Origin: Mustelus asterias
Taxonomy: Eukaryota
Direction: 5' to 3'
DNA: 64,000 bases
Assembly (NCBI RefSeq): GCF_964213995.1
Contig: NW_027590119.1
Coordinates: 2,170,001-2,234,000 of the forward strand
The position numbers and the translations under genes were made by a program. This document shows, piece by piece, positions 11,142 to 23,099 of the stretch; within the stretch, counting starts at the first letter, position 1; each line of letters opens with the position of its first letter. Under the pieces are notes generated by a model that did not search any database, had not been told where the DNA came from, and worked only from the letters and a program-made list of their open reading frames with translations.

Positions 11142-11447
11142 CTGTGCGCCCACTCAGTGCACAGTAATACACAGCGGAGTCGCTCAATCGCAGCTTGGAG
11201 ATCTTTAACCAGCTGATTTTTTCGACAGGGTCGACAGAAGCAGAAATTCTCTGCCCGGCAGCGTTTTCTTTGATCGCCTCGCCTGATGTGTGTCTCTTAA
11301 GCAAGTATTTTGGGGTCTCTCCTGGAGAGTGACGGTACCAGTAGAGTGTGTGTTGACAAAATCCTGGATATTCCCAGTTTAAAGTAATGGTGTCGTCAGC
11401 AGCACAGGTTTGGAGAGACGGATTCTGTGACACAGATGAACTGGATT
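11142..11447 (-). CDS. Supporting TCR V-delta, cassette 2 (leaderless, open frame, first canonical Cys replaced by Trp)
   Basis: ESSSSVSQNPSLQTCAADDTITLNWEYPGFCQHTLYWYRHSPGETPKYLL...LRLSDSAVYYCALSGR. The phase-1 acceptor matches the J donor; CDR1 Cys is typical of NAR-TCR supporting V. Confidence 0.88.
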
Positions 11448-13495
11448 CTGCAGAACCTATAAAATAATGCATTTCTATGATTCCATTACTTGCGTTGCAT
11501 GTTAGTTTGCCCAGGGAAATATAATCGCGTCAATAGCTCGCCATTTTCCCGTAATTGTTTCATTAAAGGGTGTGCGACATTTATTCACTATAATTAATTA
11601 GGGAGACGGTGGCAAAGTGGTATTATGACTGGATTGCTTAATCCAGAGATTTAGTAATCCAAGTAATACGCTGGGGACACGGGTACGAATGGTGCCACGG
11701 AAGATGGTGAAATTTGAATTTCAATTCAATATTGAATTGATTTCAATAAAACAAGCATGTTAATTCAAAGATGACTATGAAAACATTGTCGATTGCCGTT
11801 AAAACCACATGTGTTTGACGAATGTTCTTGAGGGAAGGAAATCTGCCATCCTTATCTGGTCTGGCCTACATGTGGCTCCTGATACACAAAAATGCGGTTG
11901 ACTCTTAAATGCCCTCTAAAATGGGCTTCGCAAGCCATCCTGTTCAAAGGCAATTAGGGTCACCCACATCCAGAGGATGAATTGAAAAAAAATGGCGAAA
12001 GAGCCGAGGGGCAGATACTTAGATGATTTTTTTTGTACACAGCGAATTTTGCTCATCTGGATTATTTGGAGATGTGTGTTGGAAACAAATTCAACACTCA
12101 TTTTCGAACGGTAAATGGAAGAAATATACAGAATCAGATTAGAATTCCGGGGGTTTGAAGAGCAGGAAGGTAAAATAGGAAACGTTCAGTAGCACCTGCA
12201 AAGAATGGCCACTTTGTCAGAGTGATGTCCTTCTCTGGTTTCTGATTTTATATTTTATATTTAGTGTCTGCTTCTGTGTATATTGGCGATTTACAAACCT
12301 GAGGAAATTATATGAAAGTTCACTCTTCTCACTATAACAATTGCTGTCCAGAGTTGATTGACTGAGAGTAACCCTGCCGTTTTATATGCTGGGTCGCATC
12401 AAGATTCAGGCAAAGACGGTCATACTCACCCAGCGAAACTGATTAAGCGAAACTGACAATGCATATCTGTGTCAAAGATCAACCTTTGACTACAGTCCAA
12501 CTCTTTGCACAGTTTCGTCCATCAATTCTACAATTTATATTATATATTAGAATGATTTACAGTTAATACCAATGTATTTCTAAATCTGAGTTGTTCTCTT
12601 TGTACTGCTTGCGATTTCTTGCCACCATGAGAACCTGTCCCAGACACGCTCCAATGTCAATTGAGATCAGCATGCTCAGTTTCCCCGATCGACTTGCTCA
12701 CTGTTACTCACTGTGAAAATTGCCTTTTCAAGGTGCCTGAGATTTTCAATTCCTTCCATCCATTGGTTGATTGTTCCCCATGCTTGCTGGGCAGAATCCT
12801 CTCTGTATTTTATATGATATAGATTCCACAGAACAGAAGTAGGCCAGTCGGCTCACAGTACGCTTGTCCTTGCACTGCGCACGTACCTACTCCCCTCTCA
12901 CACTCGATCCCTAACGAAACCATTGTACACTGAGCACTGTGTCCTTCTCCCTCCTCGATCTTTCACGCCGTCAGAAAAATTCCTTCCGCCATTGACTGCA
13001 ACCACTCCATGTGGCAGCGCGCTCCACATTCCTCCTAATTTCTTTTTCTTTTATCTCACTGGCATCATATTAAATGTTTCTTTAATCTGAATCATTTTCT
13101 CCACACGTACATTAATGAATCTATCAATTAATGCTAAAGATTTATATCAACACCAAAACCTGAAAAATGTTGGCAAACCTCAACAGGTCTGACAGCATCT
13201 GTGGAGACAGAATAGAGTCAACGTTTCCAGTCTGGATGACCCTCCGTAAGAGCCACAGAGAGAAGCAAAGTTGACACTAGGACAGAAGTCATAGCTTCAA
13301 AATGTGGACCCGACTCCAGTTTCCTATTCTGCTCCCAAATCTAAATCTGCAATTGAAAATATTCCACAGAAACCCCCTTCCCCCACGCTGCTATTGTAGT
13401 CACAGAGGATTGAAGAGAGGCAGACTACAAGAATGAACTGACGGCGAAAACGAACCAGGACATTCTGCAATACGGGGGGATTTGGAGTCACTTAC

Positions 13496-13587
13496 CAGCT
13501 GAGACAGTCACCACCGTCCCAGACCCATCTGTAAATCTCCACTCTCCCCACAGTGTCCGCACTCTCAGTCAGCCCAGCACAAGAATG
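13496..13587 (-). other. NAR-TCR J segment 2 (13548-13496) with 23-RSS (13587-13549)
   Basis: cattcttgt + 23 bp + cactgtg, GEWRFTDGSGTVVTVSA, donor gtaagt. Confidence 0.92.
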
Positions 13588-13918
13588 ACTGACACCTCAA
13601 ACTGATGGGGAAAAAATTACCGAATAGTCAGCGTTTATCAATTATTCAGGGGTTATAGATCAATAATGAAGTATGATCGTTTTATAATTCCCATTGGAAC
13701 AAACTGTTCCTTGGGACACTCTGAACTCTTGGCAAAATGGCCCAGGAACGGAGTGGAGATGGACGCTTCGTAGAAATTGAATAAAAAAGTTAAAGAAAGA
13801 TAACTGAAGGGAGGAAATTACAACGAAATGAAACCATGTTGCAACGATAATAACAACAACCCGACAAGCTATGGTCCATGTCCTGGAAATTATTGCTTCG
13901 CTTGTTCAGAAATACTTA

Positions 13919-13946
13919 AGTATTTGTTCTCCTCTCTTCCACTGTG
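13919..13946 (-). other. 12-RSS of NAR-TCR V2
   Basis: cacagtg + gaagagaggaga (12 bp) + acaaatact. Confidence 0.9.
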
Positions 13947-14424
13947 GTGTCGCATGTGTGTAGTACCAGTGCTGAGCTTTACAGTAATAGGTGGCGGTGT
14001 CTTCAATTCTCATGTCCCGAATTTCCAGCGAAAATGTCTTTTCTGCTTCATTCACCGACACAACAAACCTCCCTCCGCTGGAGATCCGCTCCCGCTCTGT
14101 CCCAGTTTGGGTTTGTCTGAAGAAATGGCCATTTTCTAAATCGTAAACACCATTGAAAACACAGGTGATGGTGAGAGACTGACACTCCTTCCTGGTCACC
14201 GCTGCCGGGCTTTGAGTCACTGACTGACTGAAACATCCTGGAAATTAAGCACAGAGAGTTTAATGGACCATCAGAGCCGAACCGCACAACGGGGCTAAAC
14301 CCCAGACAGTGTCTGTAATTGAGATGGACTGGGGCATTATGTTCAATCCACACAATGTGGGTTAGTTTGATCGGTACTCACGGGGTAAATAGGCACACAC
14401 GGTGAAAACAAGAAGGATTCCCAT
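13947..14424 (-). CDS. NAR-TCR (IgNAR-like) V, cassette 2, apparently intact: leader 14424-14382, V exon 14237-13947
   Basis: Spliced: MGILLVFTVCAYLPRCFSQSVTQSPAAVTRKECQSLTITCVFNGVYDLENGHFFRQTQTGTERERISSGGRFVVSVNEAEKTFSLEIRDMRIEDTATYYCKAQHWYYTHAT; gtgagt/ttccag splice sites; CDR2 deletion as in VNAR. Confidence 0.93.
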
Positions 14425-16294
14425 CGCTCTGCCGCCTGGAACTGAGGTTTATATGACGAGGAGCTGAGACTGCAGAGCTGGACTGCTCTGGGAGACTGGA
14501 CCTCAGAGCTGAATTGAACTACTTCAGACCCGAACACTGGTAAGATAGGCCACGCCCATCCTTCATCTTAAATTCAAGGATTTAAATGGTGAACGCAGCT
14601 GTGAACTTTCAGTCAAAGCTACCCGGCAGCCAGAACACAGAGACTCATCCCGCGACCCACAGCAGTGAATGCCACGCTCTACTTGCTCTCGAATTGATTA
14701 TTTATTGTTATTAATTCAGTGCATGTGGGCTTGGCTGGCGATGGCAGCCAACATGGTCAATCTCTAATTACCCTTGATAAGATGCTGGTGAACTGCCTTC
14801 TTGAAGAGTTGCAGTCCCTGCGGTGTATGTACACCCACAGCACGATTAGGGAGGGATTTCCAGTATATTTACCGAGACCGAGGGACAGTAAAGGAACGGA
14901 GGATATTTCCAAGTCTGAGTAGTGGTAGTGTTCGCATGGCCTTCTAAATTGTAGCTGTTTTGTGTCTGAAATGAAGCGCCTAAGGAGGCTTGGTGAGTTC
15001 CTGCAGTTCATCGTGTACATGGTACAAAAGGTTGCCACTGTGCATCGTTGGTGGAGCGAGTGAATGTTGGTGCAAGCGGCACCAGTCAAACGGGGCTGCT
15101 TTGTCCTGAATGCGACGCCTTGTAAATTGGAATCTCAGTGTGCAACTTTAGAACCACCTCCTTTGTCTGAGTAAGAAGGACAGCTTCACTGGAGGCGCAT
15201 CCGACTAATTGTACTTCCTGTTTTATTCAGAACAGCTGACTCAGTTTACACTCCTTATTAGCCGGAGTCAAATAGCAGCTGATAGGATCAAATGAGATCA
15301 AACCCACAACAGAGATATTAACTGCGAAACAGCGGGATACTTAGGAAGATTCTAACAGTTCGATTGTAGCTCGACTTCAGGAACCGTTCAAAGTCTGTGG
15401 GAAATTCAATTTTGAGGGAACAGACGTGTGAAAGAATTTATGGGCTCCCGTTTTGATTCTTGTTCTGAAGCTCGGTGAGTTCTTTAGCTTTCATTAGAAC
15501 GAAGTTTTGTCACATAACTATTGAAGGAGGGACGGATGTGTGAACAAGGGGTGGACTATGGGGCCTTTAAGGGGATAATAGAGGATGGATGGATGAACAG
15601 ACGGACAGTAGGATGGATGGAGGAATGGACGGATGCGAGTTTTGAGTGACCATTCACTTTGATTGGAGTGAAGTTTACAATAGTTTGCTGCAGTTAAAAC
15701 TTAGGTAATTGGAGGGAAAGAATATTGGATGAATGTATGGAAAATGCTGAAGGTGTTGGTTCAAATTGCACTTTAAAAACCATATAGAATTCTTGCCTCT
15801 ATTGATAACGTGCAAATACAAAACAAAAGATTTATTCACAGATAATCAGGCTTCGGTTGAAGTATGACAACCACGGGAGAAAGAGAGTTAATGTTTCGAG
15901 TCCATATGATTCTTCCACAGAATCTGAACAAAAGTCATATGGACTCCAGATGTTAACTCTGCTTTTGTCTTCACAGATGCTGCCAGACCTGCTGAGTTGA
16001 TGCAGCAGATTCTGTTTCTATATGCTGATTGAAATGTTAGTTAAAGTAAACTTCATCTTAACAGTTAAGAAACTGCATGAATTTTTGAAGGTAGGAGATT
16101 TTCAGTGCAATGCGGAAAGAACAGACTGCGGGATAAAATAGTAACTCCATCGTCTGCCAATGCAGGTAATATATACTGAATATTCTCGTTATTTGCTGTA
16201 ATACTTAATGATTCTATGTCGAGGAGAAGGAATGAATGTTGACTGAGGTTCCCCATATTTAAACGTATATCTATTTTCTGGTTACCATTTGAAG

Positions 16295-16641
16295 GACTGT
16301 GTTATTCTGATACTGTAAAGCAAACTGCACCGTCAGTATCATGTTTAGAACAAGAACACATGGTGTTGCCCTGTTCATTCTCCACAGACAGCCGCCGCTA
16401 TGATCTGCTCTGGCACCGACAAAATCCGGGGGAGGAGTCGGTATTTTTAATCAAAAGGAATTCGGAGGGAAATACAAAGAAAGCTGAGCGTGTGGGAGGC
16501 CGATTCTGGTCAATACTCTGAGTATCAGATCGTTTCTTCAGTTTCACCCTGGCAGATGTACAGCTGAGTGACAGTGAGGTGTATTATTGTGCGCTGATCA
16601 TTCACAGTGATACAAACTGATACAAGGCCCTTACGGAAACT
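16295..16641 (+). pseudogene. TCR V alpha/delta pseudogene (V 16295-16602) with 23-RSS (16603-16641)
   Basis: DTVKQTAPSVSCLEQEHMVLPCSFSTDSRRYDLLWHRQNPGEESVFLI...RFWSIL*VSDRFFSFTLADVQLSDSEVYYCALI; single TGA at 16519-16521; cacagtg + 23 + acggaaact; no convincing leader found. Confidence 0.88.
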
Positions 16642-17309
16642 ACCACTGGAATGCAACATCAGCCGAGTGATAGGAGTTCACTGTGTGAACTCTGAACCTT
16701 CACCTCTGGCAGCTGCAGAATCAGACCGAGACCGTTTATTGCTGTGTGAATGTAGTCGAAAATAGAGATAATCGATGTGAAAAGGCATTCTGAATGATTG
16801 AGCTCCTGACAAAATAGGGTGACAGAAAAGCAAGGAAAAATAAACAGGAAGATAGAGCGACAGCGAAAAAAGGGAGCAAAAGGCCGTGAGACACAAAGAG
16901 GTAGCGCGCTGGACGTCAAGGTGGACGCAGAGAGTTAAAGAAAGACTCTCTGAGAGTTAGGATCAGAAAAATAGAAAAGAAGAAAGTAAGAGAAGAATAT
17001 AGAGAAGGGGGAGAGGGAAAAATAGGGAGATAATAAGAGAGAGAGCGAGACAGGGCCTGAGACAAAGGCAGAGAAACAAAAATACACTTTAACATCATCT
17101 TATTCTATTTCTAATGTGTGATTATATTTTATCAGTGGCCCCACTAAATATAATCACACATGAGTGAAATAAGATCAGTGGCCCCAGGAAATGAATCACA
17201 TCCCCCAGTAAAGATAGAGTTAACTTGCTGGTTTGAGTGTACTCACTGAATGACTGATCCCACCAGGAAATATTTAATCCTGTCGGTGAAAGAACATCAG
17301 CTCACCCAA

Positions 17310-18830
17310 GATTCACAAGGCGAGGGAAGAGATTGCAGATCCTCTGGCGATGATCTTTGCGTCGTTGATAGAGACGGGAGATATGCCGGAGGATTGGAGG
17401 ATTGTGGATGTGGTTCCTATTTTCAAGAAAGGGAATAGGGATAGCCCAGGAAATTACCGACCGGTGAGTCTAACCTCAGTCGTTGGTAAACTGATGGAGA
17501 AGATCCTGAGGGACAAGATTTATGAGCATTTAGAGAGGTTTAGTATGCTCAAGAATACTCAGCATGGCTCTGTCAAAGGCAGATCGTGCCTTACGAGCCT
17601 GGTGGAGTTCTTCGAAAATGTGACCGATCACATTGACGAAGGGAAAGCGGTAGATGTGGTTTGTATGCATTTTAGCAAGGTGTTCGATAAGGTCCCCCAT
17701 TCAAGGCTTCTAGAAATAGTGAGAGGGCATGGGATCCAAGTGGCTGTTGCCCTGTGGATCCAGAACTGGCTTGCCCAAAGGAGGCAGAGAGTGTGTATAG
17801 ATGGGTCTTTTTCTAAGTGGAGGTCGGTCACCAGTGGTGTGCCCCAGGGATCTGTTCTGGGACTCTTGCTGTTTGTCATTTTCATAAATGGCCTGGATGA
17901 GGAAGTGGAGGGATGGGTTGGTACGTTTGCCGACGACACGAAAGTTGGTGGGTTGTGGATAGTCTGGAGGGATGTCAGAAGTTACAGAGGGACATAGATA
18001 GGATGCAAGACTGGGCGGAGAAGTGGCAGATGGACTTCAACCCAGATAAATGCGGAGTGGTACATTTTGGCAGGTCAAGTGGGATGAAGGAGTACAATAT
18101 AAAGGGAAAGACTCTTAGTACTGTAGAGGATCAGAAGGACCTTGGGGTCCGGGTCCCTAGGAATCTAAAATCCGCCCCGCAGGTGGAGGAGGTGGTTAAG
18201 AAGGCGTATGGTGTGCTGGCCTTTATCAATCGAGGGATTGAGTTTAGGAGTCCGGGGATAACGATGCAGCTTTATCAGACCCTCGTCAGACCCCACTTGG
18301 AGTACTGTGCTCAGTTCTGGTCGCCTCATTACAGGAAGGATGTGGAAAAGATTGAAAGGGTGCCGAGGAGATTTACGAGGATGTTGCCTGGATTGAGAGG
18401 CATGCCTCATGAGGATAGGCTGAGGGAGCTCGGTCTTTTCTCTTTGGAGAGACGTAGGATGAGAGGAGACCTAATCGAGGTATATAAGATGTTGAGAGGC
18501 ATAGATCGGGTGGACTCTCAGAGGCTTTTTCCCAGGGTGGAAATGACTGCTACGAGAGGACACAGGTTTAGGGTGCTGGGGGGTAGGTACAGGGGAAATG
18601 TTCGGGGGAAGTTTTTCACACAGAGGGTGGTGGGCGAGTGGAATCGGCTGCCGTCAGTGGTGGTGGAGGCAAACTCAATAGGGTCTTTTAAGAGACTCCT
18701 GGATGAGTACATGGGACTTAATAGGATGGAGGGTTATAGGTACGCCCAAAAGGTAGGGATATGTTCGGCACAACTTGTGGGGCCGAAGGGCCTGTTTTGT
18801 GCTGTAGATTTTCTATGTTTCTATGTTTCT
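17310..18830 (+). mobile_element. CR1/HER1-type LINE, 5'-truncated
   Basis: RT ORFs 17350-17997 and 17913-18845 ([22 protein letters not shown]), (ttctatgt)n tail. Confidence 0.95.
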
Positions 18831-20784
18831 GTAGCTGTGATCTAACTGCCACCAGGTGGATGCAGAATGCTATGACACGAGTTTCTCGACCACAGCTGGA
18901 TTTCTCCAGTCCCGCTGCAGTAAACGTAGATTTCGCTGAGCACCAATTTCTCCGCTGTCGTTCGCAGCGGAATTCCAACCAAAATCTTTCACCCAGTCTG
19001 GAAGAATGTGGCGTACAGATGTCAGGACTCCCCTGAACAAGGTGTTGGCCTGCATCTCCAATTCAGAATGGAGGCCACCCCCAACTTTCGTCCCCAGAAC
19101 ATTACAAGATTTATAAATATAAAGATTTAAATTCAACTTTGGATAAAATAAATTGAAGGATTGGATTTTAAAAAGTACACTGTCTGAAGGGGTTTTTGAT
19201 ATGCGAATTAGTGAAGCAGCAGGCAAACAAATGATTACGTGAGTCACTATGGATTGAAATGAAGAGGTGTAATTAAGATAGCACAACATCAAAAGGCATG
19301 GAAACTATAGCCATGGGAGCTGAGTACAGGAGGAGAGGAAGAGCGACTACCAAAAGCAGCAGCCAGCTGGAAAAAGCAGGCTCTGCAAAAAGGCAATGTA
19401 CTGCTGTTTAAAAAGAAACTTTAACAGAGAAGAACTGCTCCGCTGGACTGAAGAAAGTTTTCCCAAATTGGAAAATAACCCGTGGGTGGTCGCTATAATC
19501 TGCATTATATAATTTCGAATGATGTTCGGGAGAGGGGCAGTTCTCAGAGGTCAGGAACCTGGACAGCTAGGAAAAGGGGTCAACCTCATGAGATACTTTG
19601 TGTGTGTAGCCATTATTGAAGTTAAGGGTCCTGCTGAAATGCCTTTCTTGCTGTGTGCCTGCCTTAAATTTAATAACTATCCATTATTAAATATTTGCAA
19701 CAAGGCTGGACCATGTCTCATTCATTTCCTTTTTGATATACATTATGTCAAATTGAACATTTCCACAATTAAAAATTGGTGTTCCAATTAATCCTTCTGT
19801 ACTTTGGGATACCCTCACATTTAACATCAGCGAGGTTCTTAACGAACACCACAGCAGTGGGTGCCTTTACAGGTTAAATTGAATCGAGGAGTTCCATTTC
19901 GCTGCCCCATAATGTTCCCAGAGATCCATTTTCTTTCTCAAGAGGTCATCATTCCGGCCTCAGAATTTCTATTTATCTAAAAGAACCCGATCCACCACTC
20001 TCAGGGGCGAAGTGTTCTGGATGCTTAGTACTCACTGTGGAAAAATGTTCCTCCTCCATCGCTCTCACCCCCTCCGTCCATTGCCCATAATCTTAAAAAA
20101 ATGACCCCTTCCATACCCCAGCCTATCTTCCGTTAGCACCACCAGCTAATGGGAACATCTTTCCTTTATCTACCTGAGAAAACCCTGTCCTACTCTCATC
20201 CACCTCGATTACATTTCTCCTCAATCTCCTCCGCTCCATTGGAGAAGAACTACAGCATCTCGACCTTCTGGCTAATTTGTGAACGTTTCAAAACGAGACT
20301 TATTCACAGATATTTCTCCATGGGGTTAAACTAGAATTGGTCAACTTTGAAAAACTGCTATCGAACTGAATATGTCTTGTGAACTTCTTAACACTAAACA
20401 TACTTGAAACAAATTCTTCCCTAGAATTTGACAAGTGTTGGTCAACTTTTTGGAAACTAGTTTCAGCATTTTCCAAAATAACTTTTCCATCCCATCATCT
20501 AGACGGCTCCAACATTTTAAAATATAGCTTAAACTTATCAAATTGTTTTCCAAACAATATAGCAAAAGTTCGTGAAAAGAAACTCGTTTAAATATGTTTA
20601 AGGCTAATCTTTCAGTAGAATTTAACTTTAAATAGTCGGTTTCTGTTGAAAAACAATTACCTAAGATAAATCTCTCGAGAGAAGCAAACTGAAGTTCGTC
20701 AGCATTTATCTGAGTGAAACTAAAGTTATTAAAGACAGTCATGGAAAGTAACATGGAACTTGTAAACTTTTTTAAAAGTTGCAT

Positions 20785-21299
20785 CGAGCAAGCCAGAAGT
20801 CGGACCTGGAACCATTTGATACATAGGCTCCCCGAGCCGTCACTGGTTGGCCGGGGATGGGATGGGATGGGAGGGGAAGCGAAGGGGCAGCGCCGCGTTC
20901 GCCTCTCGGTTTCTGTGTTGAATTGCTTCCACTCACAGCCGCGTTATCAGGACAAGGGTGACGCTGCTGCCTCACAGCTCCAGGGACCCGGGTTCGATTC
21001 CCGGCTTGGGTCACTGTCTGTGTGGAGTTTGCACGTTCTCCCTGTGTCTGCGTGGGTTTCCTCCAGGTGCTCCGGTTTCCTCCCAAAGTCCAAAGATGTG
21101 CGGGTTCGGGTGCATTGGACATGCTAAATTGCCCCTTAGTGTCCCGGGATGTGGTTAGAGGCGTAAATATGTGGGATTACAGGGATAGGACGTAAATGGG
21201 ATTGTTATTGGTACAGACTCGATGGGCCGAATGGCCTCCTTCTGCACTGTAGGATTTCTATGGAATAGTCAGACGCGTTATCCAATGCGCCACTACCCC
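20785..21299 (-). pseudogene. tRNA-Arg(ACG)-like pseudogene split by a ~440-bp insertion
   Basis: 5' half gggtagtggcgcattggataacgcgtctgacta at 21298-21266; 3' half atcaaatggttccaggtccgacttctggcttgctcg at ~20820-20785; flanks homologous to the copy at 29437. Confidence 0.75.
20960..21262 (+). mobile_element. HE1-type SINE, 5'-truncated
   Basis: ctgctgcctcacagctccagggacccgggttcgattcc...tgtaggatttctatg. Confidence 0.85.
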
Positions 21300-23099
21300 A
21301 TGTGCAAACTTGCGGCAGTTGTTCCATATTGGGTCGACGCTTCAGAATAGGGCAGAAGCTTTGTCAAAATTATTTGTTTACTTGTGACGATAGGCTCCAT
21401 CATTGTGATTTTCTTTATTCATTTACAGTCATTCCTAATTGCCCTTGAATTGAGTTGCTGAGTTAATCTGCCGTGTTGCAATTAAAGAAAATAACACTGC
21501 CCAACTACTAACCACTCCCCTCACTGGACCAATTTCGAATATCACTTGAGGTGGAGATGCCGGGCGTTGGACTGGGGTGGGCAAAATCTCACATCAGATT
21601 TAAGTCCATCACGTTTATTTGGAATTTCGAACTTTCGGAGCGCTGTACCTTCATCAGGTGAGTGATTCCAAATAAATCTGTTGGACATTAAGCTGGTGTT
21701 GTGAGACCTCTTACTGAATATTACTTGATAAGAATATTTTACAAGCGTATGACATTGGCTGTTACATATGCCTCAAGATGCATTCAGAAAAAAAAAGAAT
21801 AAAAGTGCTGAAAATCCACTACACACTGAGCACAAAAAGAAATGCTCATATTGTGGCTCAGCACACATTTTATCAGTTCGTGCAATGGCTACAAGAGCAG
21901 GTCAGAGGCTAGGAATCCTGCGGTGAGGAATTCACCTCCTGAGTCCCTAAATCCTGTCCACCATTTACAAGGCACAAGCCAAGAGTGTGATGAAATATTC
22001 TCCACTTGTCTGGATGACGCATGAACTCACCAAATGCATCTTTGAGAGCAACTTCCAAACCCAAGATCTCTACCATCTGGAAGTTCCCCTCCAAGCCAAT
22101 CACCACACTGACTTGGAAATATATCGCTGTTCCTTCACTGTCACTGGGACAAGGTCCTGGAATAACGAACCCCCCCCCCCCCGCCCCCTCCAACCCCCAC
22201 CCCCAACAGCTCTTTGGATGTGCCAAAACCAATAGACTGCAGCAGTTCAAGAAGGCAGCTCACCACCACCTTCTCAAGAACCAATTAGTGATGGGTAATA
22301 TTGCTGACACAACCAGCTACACCCACATCTCGTTATTGAGTAAAAAGAAACATCCAGTTACTGACCGCGGTTGTGATTCTGCAATTCATGTGTCTTTCAG
22401 AGTCCATGTACCTCAATACAAGAAAACAGCCGTTACTTTCAACGTGATGCCTCAACTTATCTAGAATTTCAAAATTTAAAAGCGTTCATCCAGAGAACGT
22501 CTGAGGGAGCAATGATTTCTGCTGTAAATCATAGAATCATAGAATCATAGAATGTGCTCAATCATTAATACATCATTCTCCTCTTCCGTTGAATAATTTC
22601 AAACAGCTCTTTTCAGTATTTGTACTTTATTCAACATTTACTATCTATAAATTTAATTAACACTATGTCCTCATTCTGAACTGAATAACTCTGAAATATG
22701 CAACACTGAAATGCAAACATGACCGACTGACAAATGAATTCGAGTCACTGAGTAATGATGCTTATTTGAGATTGACCACAGTCAGTTTTTAAATGAAATC
22801 AAACATCTTAAAAGGGAAGGGATTTCAGAATGATCTGTTAGTTATACTCGATCGCTCTTTAATTGTGTGTGAAGCATTCTGGCTCGTTCATCTGTAGGAT
22901 GTTCAGCAGGTCCGCACTGATTCTCGATTTCCTCATCTGTCTGAGTGTTTTTTCCCATTTCTTTATTATGAAGAACAATTTTAAAAGATGCTTCTGGGAA
23001 ATTTGCGCCATTTCCTCCAGTTCAGTTACAGTTTCACTTGTGACTGTCTTTATGAGCACGCAATAAAATTAGACATGTTTCAGATGATCTTGATCATGT

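Noticed and set aside
16679-16685. Isolated cactgtg heptamer 3' of the V pseudogene (also at ~12935)
   Set aside because: No nonamer at 12 or 23 bp.
20341-20784. 147-aa AT-rich ORF
   Set aside because: It lies in the duplicated 3' flank of the tRNA-Arg unit, with no recognisable domain and no sign of coding conservation in the paralogous flank at 29510-29730.
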